A stretch of 64,000 bases of DNA from an uncultured Chloroflexia bacterium (GTDB taxonomy: Bacteria > Chloroflexota > Anaerolineae > B4-G1 > SLSP01), in NCBI GenBank assembly GCA_963751345.1, contig CAVVUS010000027.1, forward strand, positions 1 to 64,000. The letters are read 5' to 3'. Below the pieces are notes generated by a model, which saw only the letters and a list, made by a program, of their open reading frames with translations, was not told where the DNA came from and did not search any database. Made by a program: the position numbers and the translations under genes. This document shows positions 45,829-56,116 of this stretch, piece after piece. Every line of letters begins with the position of its first letter. Position 1 is the first letter of the stretch.

Positions 45829-46647
45829 TCAGGAGAACGGAGGTTTCCGAGCTGAGAAGAAGAGATATGCGCCCTCGTCGGGAAGCGTCTCTTCATAGAA
45901 GCGGCGCAGCACCACCTCGGTCAGCCATAAATTCCACCGGGATGGCACCAGCAGCCAGTGCCCCGTCAGTTTCTTCGCCACGACGCACGGCAACCCGAGA
46001 GGATGGCCCCATTCCAGGGCTGCCAGCGCATTGCGTGAGAAATACGGCCACCACCGCTCCACGACGAGACCGACCTCCGCGAGCCTCTCGGTCCACGCCT
46101 CCGGGGTCAGGTAGTAGCGATGTCGCGAGATGCGATCGAAGGCCTTCCGGTAGGCCTCCGCAAGGGACGGCAGATGCAACACATCGAGGAATCGAGCAAC
46201 AGAGAGGAACCGACGGAAATTGGGCCCGGGCACGCAGAAATGAAACCGGCCTCCAGGGGCCAAGACCCTCGTCACCTCGTGCAGGACGGGACCCACATCC
46301 GGAATGTGCTCGAGCACCGAGTTGCTCACGATGGTGCGATACGCGCCATCGGCAAAAGGCATCGCCGCACCATCCGCGTAGGTAAGCCAACGGTGCGCTC
46401 TCCGGTCGTCGGCCTCACGCAGCGGTGGCCACCAGGGATCGAGCCCCACGTCAAGGCGAAAGGGGAAGGTTACTTGCGCGAAATGCCCATCACCACACCC
46501 AAGATCCAGGACCGGCGCAGAGATCGGTAGATTCTCGTAAAAGTCTGCCTCGACGGCACGGAGCAGCGCACGAAACGCCGGCAGCTCCTGCAATTGCCGG
46601 CGGAATCTATCGGTATGCTTCTGAATAACGGGCGGCGAGGGTATCAT
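45829..46647 (-). CDS. Class I SAM-dependent methyltransferase
   Basis: VLDLGCGDG, SNSVLEHIPD, RVLAPGG. Confidence 0.88.
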   Translation of the reverse strand: MIPSPPVIQKHTDRFRRQLQELPAFRALLRAVEADFYENLPISAPVLDLGCGDGHFAQVTFPFRLDVGLDPWWPPLREADDRRAHRWLTYADGAAMPFADGAYRTIVSNSVLEHIPDVGPVLHEVTRVLAPGGRFHFCVPGPNFRRFLSVARFLDVLHLPSLAEAYRKAFDRISRHRYYLTPEAWTERLAEVGLVVERWWPYFSRNALAALEWGHPLGLPCVVAKKLTGHWLLVPSRWNLWLTEVVLRRFYEETLPDEGAYLFFSARKPPFS

Positions 46648-46679
46648 GGGATCTGATCATAGCCAGGAGATACGGGCTA

Positions 46680-47960
46680 TTAGGGCTGGAAGCCATAGGA
46701 TGGGCAGAGATCGGGCACCTCATACACGGGATTGGAGTAGCCGAAGCTGTTGAGGAAGTCCAGGGCGGGCTGCGCCTGGTCGCTGTCCACGGCATAAGCA
46801 CACGCGGCCACGACATCCCCATCCCTCTGATAGGACCTCCAGAAACGTTGGGCAAGTTCGATCACAGGGTACCCAGGATCCCCGGGTGCGAGCGCTAAGT
46901 CCAGCCCGTCGTATGCTGCCTGGGCTTCAGCCGATTGGCCCTGGATAGCCGCCAGGATCACCTGCCGCCATTGTCCCAAGACCCCGAACCATTGCCGCTC
47001 GTCACCGGCACTGAAGAAGGCACCCCACGGCTCCAGCGTGTCATCTACAATCACACGTTCGTAGTCCGTTGCCGCCGATGCGTAGTCACCCGTGGACAAG
47101 GCGCGATCGCCGTCCAGAAACGCGTGATACCGGTAAGTGGGGGGACCGAGTACCTCTCCCGTCACGGTGATCACTTGCCCAGTCCAAGCCAGAGTAGTCG
47201 TGACCGGGCGCTGGGGTCCCGCCCCGACAGACCCGACCCCGCCACTCACGACGACCAGACTCGTCGCTCCCACAGTGTAGACAGGATAGGGGAATTGGAA
47301 GTCACTTCCCATCTGGTTTACGAAATCACTGCCCTGCCAGGTCCAGACGTTGGGCGTATGCCAGCAGGTGTGAGCGCCGCAACTATACTCTGAGAAGATT
47401 AGGTCGTCGACGCCATCCTGTGTCAGATCCTGAAGCGCGATCAGTTCCAGGCCATATCCCTGCAAGGACGCGTAGTGGTAGAGCACCTTGACATCTCCGG
47501 ACTGGCATGTGAAAATGAGCAAGTGCGCCTCAGGGAACAGTTGGTCAGACTGCGGATCGATCAATGCGAAGACGGTCTCCTCATTCCCGTTCCCCGTGAG
47601 GTCGCCCCTGAGCATCGTCTCGAAGTCCATCAGCGGGATGAGCCCCGGATCCCCTCCCTGGGCAAGGTAGCCCTGGAGATCCTCGATGAAGTTTGCCAAG
47701 CCGGAAGGATCATCGATAGGTCGTTCCGGCGGAGAAATGGCGCGAGATTCTGGACACTCACTTGCCGCAGGAGAGGCAGCGGGTGTCTCGGTAGCCTTCG
47801 TCGTGACCGGCGTCAGCGTTGCCGCCGGCGCCTCTGTCTGTAAGGGCGTTGCACTCGGTACAGAGATCGTCGGGGAAGCCTCTGCAAAGAGAGAGCAGCC
47901 CAGCGACAAGCCGAGCAAGACAGCGATTCCTGCCCAAAACAGCGGTCTACGTTTACGCAT
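46680..47960 (-). CDS. Hypothetical lipoprotein
   Basis: MRKRR signal, LSLGC lipobox, Pro/Thr linker, DLTGNG/DLTQDG Ca-binding-like motifs. Confidence 0.7.
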   Translation of the reverse strand: MRKRRPLFWAGIAVLLGLSLGCSLFAEASPTISVPSATPLQTEAPAATLTPVTTKATETPAASPAASECPESRAISPPERPIDDPSGLANFIEDLQGYLAQGGDPGLIPLMDFETMLRGDLTGNGNEETVFALIDPQSDQLFPEAHLLIFTCQSGDVKVLYHYASLQGYGLELIALQDLTQDGVDDLIFSEYSCGAHTCWHTPNVWTWQGSDFVNQMGSDFQFPYPVYTVGATSLVVVSGGVGSVGAGPQRPVTTTLAWTGQVITVTGEVLGPPTYRYHAFLDGDRALSTGDYASAATDYERVIVDDTLEPWGAFFSAGDERQWFGVLGQWRQVILAAIQGQSAEAQAAYDGLDLALAPGDPGYPVIELAQRFWRSYQRDGDVVAACAYAVDSDQAQPALDFLNSFGYSNPVYEVPDLCPSYGFQP

Positions 47961-48115
47961 AGTGTCCACGGGAGCCTCCAGCCCAGCCATCACAGCGACC
48001 AAGTATAGCCGCGCCCTACGGATCCGCAACTTCACGCATCGCGTCGTCTCAATTGCACCTCTGCGAAACATGCCTATAATAGAGTCAGAAGATCACATCC
48101 AGGAGAATCGCAAGT

Positions 48116-49246
48116 ATGGAAAGCCTGCCTCCAGTGTCTAGCACTGACCCTGATCCCATGGGTACACTCCTTGAGGAGTACATGGATACCCGACGGTGGC
48201 ACCGCGGCGAGATCGTCGACGGTGTCATCGCTTCAGTCAACCCGAGGTCAATTCTGATCGACATCGGCGGAAAATCCGATGCTGTTGTCCATCCGCGTGA
48301 GGTCGAGCGCATGACCGACGAGGACCTGCAGTTGCTCAAGCCCGGGCAGGATGTCAGTGTCTATGTGATCGAGAGTGACAGCGATGGCACTATGCTCGTG
48401 TCGCTGGCTCGCGCCTCTCAGCAAAGCGACTGGGAGCAGGCACAGGAGCTGATGGACAATAACGAGACAGTTGATCTCACCGTTGTCGATACCAATAAGG
48501 GTGGGGTTATCGTGCGTTTGGGAGAGCTCCGGGGATTTGTGCCGGGCTCTCAGCTGATGCCGAACTGGCGTCGATATCAGGACACCGCCAACCCCGAGCG
48601 CCGGTGGCGTGCCCTGATGGGGAAGGTCTTGAAGCTCAGCGTCATCGAGGTCACGGCAGAACGCAATCGGCTGATCTTCTCGGAGCGCGGCGCGTATCAT
48701 CGTCGTGCGACCAAGCGCAAGCTCCTCGAAAGTCTACAGGTGGGTTCGGTGGAGAAGGGTGTGGTGAGCAATATCGTGCCCTTCGGTGCCTTCGTCAACG
48801 TCAACGGTGTGGATGGGCTTCTCCACGTCTCCGAACTATCGTGGAGGCGTGTGAACGATCCCCAGGAGGTGATACAGGCCGGTCAGACGATTGACGTGTT
48901 CATCCTGGACATCAACCTGGACAAGGAGAGGCTGGGGTTGAGCCTGAAACGGTTAACTCCAGATCCGTGGACAGAGGTCGACGAAGTGTGTCGTGTCGGG
49001 CAAGTCGTCGATGTCTCGGTGGTGAATCTCACTTCCTTCGGAGCTTTTGCAGCCCTGGTCGATATGCCTGAACTGGAGGGGCTGATCCATATCTCGGAAC
49101 TCAGCGATGATCCCATCAGCCATCCCGAAGAGGTGATCGCTGTCGGAGATCAATGCAGGGTCAAGGTCATTTCTGTCAAACCGGATCAGCGGCGCATCGC
49201 TTTCAGTTTGAAGTCTGCAGATGGATCGGAGCCTACCGAGGGCTGA
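48116..49246 (+). CDS. Four-S1-domain protein (ribosomal protein S1-like)
   Basis: IDIGGKSD, NKGG..LRGFVPGSQ, FGAFV..GVDGLLHVSELSW, EGLIHISEL; promoter TTGCAC-16-TATAAT at 48053-48080. Confidence 0.85.
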   Translation: MESLPPVSSTDPDPMGTLLEEYMDTRRWHRGEIVDGVIASVNPRSILIDIGGKSDAVVHPREVERMTDEDLQLLKPGQDVSVYVIESDSDGTMLVSLARASQQSDWEQAQELMDNNETVDLTVVDTNKGGVIVRLGELRGFVPGSQLMPNWRRYQDTANPERRWRALMGKVLKLSVIEVTAERNRLIFSERGAYHRRATKRKLLESLQVGSVEKGVVSNIVPFGAFVNVNGVDGLLHVSELSWRRVNDPQEVIQAGQTIDVFILDINLDKERLGLSLKRLTPDPWTEVDEVCRVGQVVDVSVVNLTSFGAFAALVDMPELEGLIHISELSDDPISHPEEVIAVGDQCRVKVISVKPDQRRIAFSLKSADGSEPTEG

Positions 49247-49322
49247 GGTCGTGCCCAGCTGACCTTAGTGTTGCACCCGGCCCTGCGGCCATGGCCACAG
49301 CCGGATAGTTTGGACATATCTC

Positions 49323-49354
49323 GGCCCCGGTTCATTACCGGGGCCTTGTTGTTT
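49323..49354 (+). terminator. Intrinsic terminator
   Basis: GGCCCCGGT-tcatt-ACCGGGGCC-TTGTTGTTT. Confidence 0.7.
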
Positions 49355-49370
49355 CGTATAGGAGGGTACG

Positions 49371-50175
49371 ATGGCTGAGATCCGACCGCCCGCGGTCGCG
49401 GGCATGTTCTATCCTGGACAGTCCGACGCTCTACGCGAAGCGATTGAGGGATACCTCCAGCGAGCCACGTCGCCACAGCTTTCGCCGGTCAGAGCCTTGA
49501 TCGCTCCCCACGCCGGCTACATGTATTCCGGTCCGGTCGCAGCCTATGCCTACCGGCTGCTATCCGAACAGGAGACCAAACCCCAACGCGTCTTCATCCT
49601 GGGTCCTTCTCATCGCGCTTGGTTCCCTGGCGTCGCCGTTTCCGATGTCGATGGGTTCCGCACGCCCTTGGGCGTACAACCCGTGGACCGGGTGGTCGCG
49701 ACGGAGATGTCGGAGACGATGGCGCATCTTCAGCGCCATCAACACCCCCCACGAACCTGAGCATTGTCTTGAGGTACAGGTTCCCTTTCTCCAAATGGTC
49801 CTTCCGGATATCCCGATCGTCCCCATGTTGTTCGGTGAAGTTGATCCTATCGAGGTGGGTAAGGCACTTCTCGAGATCTTGAGGCCGGAGGACTTGATCA
49901 TTGTCAGCTCCGATTTGAGCCACTACCACGCCAATAAGGCGGCGCACGACATTGACGCCCGCTTTCTCGACGCGATTCTCAAGGGAGACAAGCGGGGCGT
50001 CGCCGGCAGCGAGGCGTGTGGACAAGTCCCGGCACTAACGTTGATGACCGTCGCGGAGGATCGTGGCTGGCAGCCCCATCTGCTCGACTATCGCACGTCG
50101 GGGGACGTCACAGGTGAACATAGACAGGTCGTGGGCTACGCCGCCGTGGCCTACGTGGAAGGAGGCCAAGGATGA
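49371..50175 (+). CDS. amrB: AmmeMemoRadiSam protein B (MEMO1 family; indel near 49718)
   Basis: RPPAVAGMFYP, PHAGYMYSG, LGPSH, EHCLEVQVPFLQ, SSDLSHY, VVGY. Confidence 0.9.
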
Positions 50176-50750
50176 CCGAGAGTTATCTTGCAGAGGACGA
50201 AGGCCGGTACCTGCTGCGCCTGGCTCGCCATACGCTTGAGCAAGCGCTCAACGTGTCTACCGGGCCGATGGAGCCTCCGCCACCATCGGAGCTCATGGAG
50301 CAGTTCGGCGCCGCCTTTGTGACGCTGAACAAGCGGGGCGGAGAGCTCCGTGGCTGCATCGGCTCACTCGTTGCGTGTCGCACGCTCATCCAGGATGTCT
50401 GTGCCAACGCATATGCCGCCGCCTTCGAAGATCCTCGCTTCCCACCGCTAACCAAGGAGGAACTGCCGGACATTGTCATCGAGGTCTCCGTCCTTACCCG
50501 TCCGGAGCCCCTGCAGTATACCGGTCCCAAAGATCTTGTCGCGAAGCTACGCCCGGATATCGATGGCGTCGTCATCGAACGAGGGTGGCACAGGGCTACG
50601 TTCCTGCCGCAGGTGTGGGACCAGTTACCGTTGCCGGAAGAGTTCCTGGCTCATCTGTGCTACAAGGCAGGGTTGCCCGGTCTTGCCTGGAAGCAAGGCG
50701 ACCTTGAAGTCTCGACCTACCAGGTTCAGGAGTTCGTGGAGCCACATTGA
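50172..50750 (+). CDS. amrA: AmmeMemoRadiSam protein A (AMMECR1 family)
   Basis: AFVTL, LRGCIG, AAFEDPRF, EVSVL, ATFLPQVW. Confidence 0.92.
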   Translation: MTESYLAEDEGRYLLRLARHTLEQALNVSTGPMEPPPPSELMEQFGAAFVTLNKRGGELRGCIGSLVACRTLIQDVCANAYAAAFEDPRFPPLTKEELPDIVIEVSVLTRPEPLQYTGPKDLVAKLRPDIDGVVIERGWHRATFLPQVWDQLPLPEEFLAHLCYKAGLPGLAWKQGDLEVSTYQVQEFVEPH

Positions 50751-50868
50751 ACCCGCAGGCTCTGCTGCAACCTCCCGGCAGGATCTGCGTACTATTGAGT
50801 AGAAATCACTCGTGCATTGGCCGGCAGGATAACGCTGTCGGGCAGTCCACCGACAATCAGGAGGAAGA

Positions 50869-51381
50869 ATGAACGAAGAGAACGAAGTGACAATGGAAAC
50901 ACCAGAGGCGCCCAAGGCACCTTCGACGGCATCGAGCACACCCAATGTGGCACCAGCGCCGGCTGCGCCACAGCCGCTGTCAGCCAGTGACGAGCGCACC
51001 TGGGCGATGCTGGCACATCTGAGCGTGCTGCTCAACCTGATCACAGGCTTCCTGGGGATAGCCGCCGCACTGGTGATCTACCTGGTCTACAAGGACCGGT
51101 CGCGATACGTCGCCTACCAGTCGATGCAGGCTTTCCTCTTCCAGCTCATCTTCTGGGCCGGAGGCGGGCTGCTGATCGGAATCATGTGGGCCGTCGTCGG
51201 GGCGTTGAGCGCGGTACTCGTCGGACTCTTGCTCATCCCGTTTGCCGTCCTGCTCACACTTGTCTTTGTGTTGATGCCGCTCCTGGCCCTCGTCTACGGT
51301 GTCGTCGGCGGCGTGCAGTGCTCCAACGGGGATGACTTCCGCTATTGGCTGGTCGGTGACTGGGCACTGCACATGATGTAA
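50869..51381 (+). CDS. DUF4870-like membrane protein
   Basis: ERTWAMLAHLS...KDRSRYVAYQSMQAFLFQ...FRY. Confidence 0.75.
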   Translation: MNEENEVTMETPEAPKAPSTASSTPNVAPAPAAPQPLSASDERTWAMLAHLSVLLNLITGFLGIAAALVIYLVYKDRSRYVAYQSMQAFLFQLIFWAGGGLLIGIMWAVVGALSAVLVGLLLIPFAVLLTLVFVLMPLLALVYGVVGGVQCSNGDDFRYWLVGDWALHMM

Positions 51382-51479
51382 TCGTGCTTGTGATCGCCAT
51401 CGACATCAGCTAACGGGATCTCACGCGATCGTACCCGCTCGGCCATACCGCCGAGCGGGTACCTTTGCTAGGAGTGGCA

Positions 51480-52244
51480 ATGGATGTGGATATAGAGGAA
51501 CCGCGCGCCGCCATCGAACTGATGGGGATTCCCATCCACGACGTCACGATGGAGGAGACGGTGCAATGGATAGGACGCTGGATCGCCGAGGGTGGGGTGC
51601 ACCAGATCGCCACCGTCAATCCCGAGTTCCTTATGAGAGCCAGGGACGATACCGCGTTTTCGACAGTCCTGCGCCGCGCCGCGCTCTGTATCCCGGACGG
51701 ATTTGGCGTCGTGTGGGCCGCCAGGCTCCGGGGGCAACGGCTGCGCGAACGGGTGGCGGGCTCCGATCTCGTGCCCCGCCTGGCCCGAGAAGCTGCCGAT
51801 CAGGGCTGGCACGTCTTCTTCCTCGGCGCCGCCCCGGGTGTCGCCGCGCGGGCAGCCGCCATCCTCGCAGAGCGCAATCCCCATCTCCAGGTCGCCGGAT
51901 GCTATGCGGGCTCCCCTGCCAGAGAAGAGGAGCAGGCCATCGTGGATCGGGTCCGAACCTCCGGGGCCGATCTGCTGCTGGTCGCGTACGGGGCGCCCAA
52001 CCAGGATCTGTGGCTGGGTCGGAATTTGCAGCACACCGGCGCCCCGGTGGGCATCGGCATTGGGGGCTCCCTCGACTTCGTCGCCGGCTATTCCCGGCGG
52101 GCCCCTCGATGGGTCCAGAAAATGGGGCTCGAATGGCTGCACCGGCTCATCCGGGAACCCAGGCGTTGGCGGCGACAACTGGCCCTCCCGAAGTTTGCTG
52201 CTCTGATCCTCCTCGGACGCGACAAGCCGAGAAATCCAGAATAG
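51480..52244 (+). CDS. WecB/TagA/CpsF family glycosyltransferase
   Basis: TVNPE, PDGFGVVWA, ERVAGSDL, FFLGA, VAYGAPNQD, RAPRWVQKMGLEWLHRL. Confidence 0.92.
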   Translation: MDVDIEEPRAAIELMGIPIHDVTMEETVQWIGRWIAEGGVHQIATVNPEFLMRARDDTAFSTVLRRAALCIPDGFGVVWAARLRGQRLRERVAGSDLVPRLAREAADQGWHVFFLGAAPGVAARAAAILAERNPHLQVAGCYAGSPAREEEQAIVDRVRTSGADLLLVAYGAPNQDLWLGRNLQHTGAPVGIGIGGSLDFVAGYSRRAPRWVQKMGLEWLHRLIREPRRWRRQLALPKFAALILLGRDKPRNPE

Positions 52245-52380
52245 AGAATGAAGCATAGAAGAACGAAGACAGCTCCTATCTCCGCTGCTGCCTATGAGTG
52301 GAGACCCATGTGATCTGTGGTTCCCTCCGAGCCACTATCTTCTATTCTCCCATTCTTTCATTCTCCGATTCTCCGATTCC
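52238..52380. repeat. Inverted arrays of short GAGAAT/ATTCTC units
   Basis: agaatagagaatgaagcatagaaga ... tcttctattctcccattctttcattctccgattctccgattc. Confidence 0.6.
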
Positions 52381-52438
52381 CTCCCCCGTGGTAAGATACG
52401 GGACCAAAACGATGGCAAGTGAGTAGAAGGAGTCACCT

Positions 52439-53330
52439 ATGCAGACTTCACCGAATGCTTCCGAGACACTGGTAGCTGCAGCTAACCCGCTGATTGAACT
52501 GGCGCTGGAAGAGGACATCGGCACCGGCGACGCTACCAGCCTCTCAACGCTTGAGCCCGAGACCTTACTCGAAGGGCGCATCGTTGCCAAGGCTCCCGGT
52601 GTGATCGCCGGCTTGGCGGTGGCGGAGTCCGTGTTCTGCCACGTCGATCCGGCTATCAGCTTCACGGCGCACGTGCAGGATGGACAGGCCGTCGTAGCCG
52701 GCGAATTGGTCGCCGTAGTCACCGGACCCGGCCAAAGCCTCCTTGCCGCGGAGCGAACGGCGCTCAATTTCCTCCAGAGGATGTCGGGCATTGCCACCCA
52801 GACACGCAGACTGGTGGGCGCGGTCGGTACCAGCAACGCCACCGTTCTCGACACCCGCAAGACCCTGCCCGGCTATAGGATTCTGGATAAATATGCCGTC
52901 AGGATGGGGGGCGGGACCAATCATCGGATGTCGCTGTACGACATGCTCCTGATCAAGGACAATCACATCGATGCATCGGGTGGCATCGCCCCGGCCATCC
53001 GGCGAGCGCGCGAGAGCTATCCCGACCTGCCGATCGAGGTCGAGGTTCGCGACCTCGCGGAGCTCCAGGAGGCACTCGCGGCCGATCCTCCCCTGGACCG
53101 CATCCTGCTCGACAATATGACGCTGCCCGAGATGCGCGAGGCCGTTGCGCTCACAGCAGATCGGGTGCCCCTGGAAGCCTCGGGCAACGTCACGCTCGAG
53201 CGCGTTTCAGAAATCGCAGCGACAGGCGTCGATTACATCTCGGTGGGCAGCCTGACACACTCGGTGACAGCACTTGACATCAGCATGAAGATCGGGCCCA
53301 CGACGAATCCCGATGAGCGCGATCTGGTCA
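52439..53330 (+). CDS. nadC: Quinolinate phosphoribosyltransferase; probably the N-terminal part of a NadC-NadA fusion
   Basis: ALEEDIGTGD, ERTALNFLQRMSGIAT, DTRKT, HRMSL, IKDNH, EVEV, LLDN, EASGN, DYISVG; no stop at the normal end. Confidence 0.93.
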
Positions 53331-54355
53331 CGAGAGATTCGCAAGATCAAGCAGGATTTCGGGGATCGCCTCGTCATTTTGGGCCACCACTATCAACGGG
53401 ACGAGATCATCGATCTGGCCGATTTCCGCGGCGACTCGTTGCAGCTTTCGCGCGAGGCAGCCCAAACCGATGCGGAGGTCATTGTCTTCTGCGGGGTACA
53501 CTTCATGGCCGAGACCGCCGCGATTCTCGCCAAGCCAGGCCAACACGTCCTGATCCCCGACGTTACTGCGGGCTGCTATCTGGCCGATACCGCCACGCCC
53601 GAAGGGGTGGAGGCCGCCTGGCAAGCGTTGGATGAAGCGCTTGGCGATGCCGAGCGTGAGATAACGCCCATCACCTACGTCAACTCCTCGGCGACCCTCA
53701 AGGCCTTCTGTGGCCTGCACGGTGGCGCGGTCTGTACCTCGGGCAATGCGGAACGGGTCATGCAGTGGGCTTTGGGACAACGTCCACGCGTGTTCTTCTT
53801 CCCCGACCAACATCTCGGCCGCAACACAGCTAATCGAATGGGCGTACCGGCAGCAGAGATGCTCCTCTGGACGCCACGAACACCGCCCGATCCGGAGGTC
53901 ATCCGGGCCAGCAAAGTGATCCTGTGGCCTGGGGCCTGCAACGTCCACATGCGATTCCGCCCCGAACACGTCCGCTCGGTCCGCGAGCGCTACCCGAACA
54001 TCCGTGTGGTCGCCCACCCGGAGTGCCGGGCTGAAGTCGTGGCGCTGGCCGATGAGAGTGGCTCGACAGCTCGCATCATCCACCTGATCGAGGCCGTCAG
54101 AATCGGGTGCCCAGTGGGCCGTGGCGACCGAGAGTCGCCTGGTCTACCGCCTCCAGGCCGAGCACCCCGACCAGCTCATCATCCCGCTCGCAGACGTTCC
54201 ACCATTCTGCAAGACGATGAGCCAGATCACACTCGCCAATCTCAGTGAGACGCTGGCAGCCTTGAGTCGAGGAGAGATGCACAACGAGGTGACGGTCGAC
54301 GACGAGATCAGCGCATTGGGCTCGGACCGCCCTGGAAAGGATGCTCTCCCTGTAG
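53313..54355 (+). CDS. nadA: Quinolinate synthase A (indels near 54097 and 54318)
   Basis: ILGHHYQR, GDSLQL, FCGVHFMAE, AGC, YVNS, CTSGNA, PDQHLGRN, GACNVH, AHPEC, CKTM. Confidence 0.92.
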
Positions 54356-54376
54356 CGCGGCGCCAGGGACCTTACT

Positions 54377-56014
54377 ATGCCTATCGAAACTGACGTTCTT
54401 ATCATTGGTTGTGGAATTGCAGGTGCAACGGCGGCACTCCGATTGGCGCAGGACACACAGCGCCAGATTATCCTGATCACCCGTACGTATGACCCTGAGG
54501 AATCGAACACCCGCTATGCACAAGGGGGCATTGTCGCGAGGGGCCATGATGATTCTCCGGACCTTCTGACCGAAGATATCCTCCGTGCGGGAGCCGGCCT
54601 CAGTTTGCCCAGTGCGGCCCATCTCATCGCCGATGAGGGACCTAACCTGGTCCAGCAACTGCTCGTAGAGGAGCTGGGTGTCCCCTTCAGCACCGAAGAG
54701 GGAGGGGGGCTTGCCTACACCCGCGAGGGCGGCCATTCACTCTCTCGCATCCTCCACGTCGGTGATGCAACCGGCCACGCCATCGAGAAGGCACTGATCG
54801 AACGACTACAGGCCCTGCCCAACGTGGACCTGCGGGCCGGCCTGACTGCCATTGATCTGATTACGTCTTCGCATCACAGCAAGGATCCTCTCGACGTCTA
54901 CGCGCCGATCACGTGCCACGGGGCGTACGTTCTTGATCGAGCGGCCAACAAAGTCGACCGCGTTTTGGCAAAGGCCACCGTCCTGGCGACCGGCGGCGTG
55001 GGGCGCATCTACCGGCATACCAGCAACCCTCCCAGTGCCCGCGGCGACGGATTAGCCATGGCCTATCGCGCCGGTGCCCGCGTCATCAACGCGGAGTACA
55101 TACAGTTTCACCCCACCACGCTGGCGGTCCCGGGTGCGGACAACTTCCTCATCTCCGAGGCCGTGCGCGGCGAGGGAGCCAGGCTCTATACACCGGACGG
55201 TCGTCACTTTATGGACGACGTGGCGCCTGAATGGGGCGACTTGGCGCCGCGCGACGTGGTGGCACGGGCGATTCACCACGAAATGTTGGAGCACGGATAT
55301 CCCTACGTCCTGCTCAACCTTGCCGAGGCGATGGACAAGGAGCGGATCGCCGAGCGTTTCCCCACCATCTATGAAACCTGCAAGCAGGCGGGAATCGATA
55401 TGACGGAAGATCCGATTCCCGTCGTCCCCGCCGCACACTATTTCTGTGGCGGCGTGCACGTCGATCTGCAGGGGCGCAGTTCACTCAAGGGGCTCTACGC
55501 CGTCGGCGAGGTGAGTTGTACCGGCGTCCATGGGGCTAACCGCCTTGCGAGCACTTCGCTCCTGGAGGGGCTGGTGTGGGGCTACCGCGCAGGCATCGAC
55601 ATCGCAGGCAGGGACGACCTTAGCGTGATCAACGAGGCGTGCATCCCGCCCTGGCGCGACGTGAGCGAGGGTGCCGGCGCCGATCCTGTGCTGGCCTACC
55701 GTGACTCACGGACGATCCAGAACATCATGTGGCTCTACGTCGGGTTGGCGCGTAACACCCACCGGCTCGCGCGCGCGCTCAAGGATCTCAACCACCTCTG
55801 GGAGGTCATCGACGGGTTCTACCGGTCGACCCGGCTCAACGATCAGCTCATCGGCCTGCGGAACATGGCTCAGGCCGCGTGGATCGTGACGTTGGCCGCA
55901 TGGCACAACCGGCAGTCGCTAGGCGCTCACTACCGGGAGGATGCTGAGACATCGCACTTTGTCAGTCGTCACGACGTCGACGGCCCCTTCCCCAGCACCG
56001 GCCCAGAGATCTGA
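54377..56014 (+). CDS. nadB: L-aspartate oxidase
   Basis: IIGCGIAG, YAQGGI, EGGHS, LATGG, QFHPT, LISEAVRGEG, LAPRDVVAR, AAHYFCGG, GVHGANRLASTSLLE. Confidence 0.95.
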   Translation: MPIETDVLIIGCGIAGATAALRLAQDTQRQIILITRTYDPEESNTRYAQGGIVARGHDDSPDLLTEDILRAGAGLSLPSAAHLIADEGPNLVQQLLVEELGVPFSTEEGGGLAYTREGGHSLSRILHVGDATGHAIEKALIERLQALPNVDLRAGLTAIDLITSSHHSKDPLDVYAPITCHGAYVLDRAANKVDRVLAKATVLATGGVGRIYRHTSNPPSARGDGLAMAYRAGARVINAEYIQFHPTTLAVPGADNFLISEAVRGEGARLYTPDGRHFMDDVAPEWGDLAPRDVVARAIHHEMLEHGYPYVLLNLAEAMDKERIAERFPTIYETCKQAGIDMTEDPIPVVPAAHYFCGGVHVDLQGRSSLKGLYAVGEVSCTGVHGANRLASTSLLEGLVWGYRAGIDIAGRDDLSVINEACIPPWRDVSEGAGADPVLAYRDSRTIQNIMWLYVGLARNTHRLARALKDLNHLWEVIDGFYRSTRLNDQLIGLRNMAQAAWIVTLAAWHNRQSLGAHYREDAETSHFVSRHDVDGPFPSTGPEI

Positions 56015-56023
56015 CCTGCCATC

Positions 56024-56116
56024 GTAGAGACGTGGCGGCGCCACGTCTTCGGACGCAGTAGGCGCGGCACCGGGGCCAGGCACGGCGAAGTAGATGACCC
56101 GCCAGGTCGTCTCTAC
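56024..56116. repeat. GTAG-type REP-like element between convergent nadB and nadD
   Basis: GTAGAGACGTGGC-ggc-GCCACGTCTTC ... CGTCTCTAC; same family as 81-252. Confidence 0.7.

Noticed and set aside
2459-54355. Numerous frameshifts read as pseudogenes or programmed frameshifting
   Set aside because: They also hit housekeeping genes (fmt, nadA, mutase), are mostly single-base, and leave all catalytic motifs intact. Sequencing or consensus error is the simplest explanation, pending read data.
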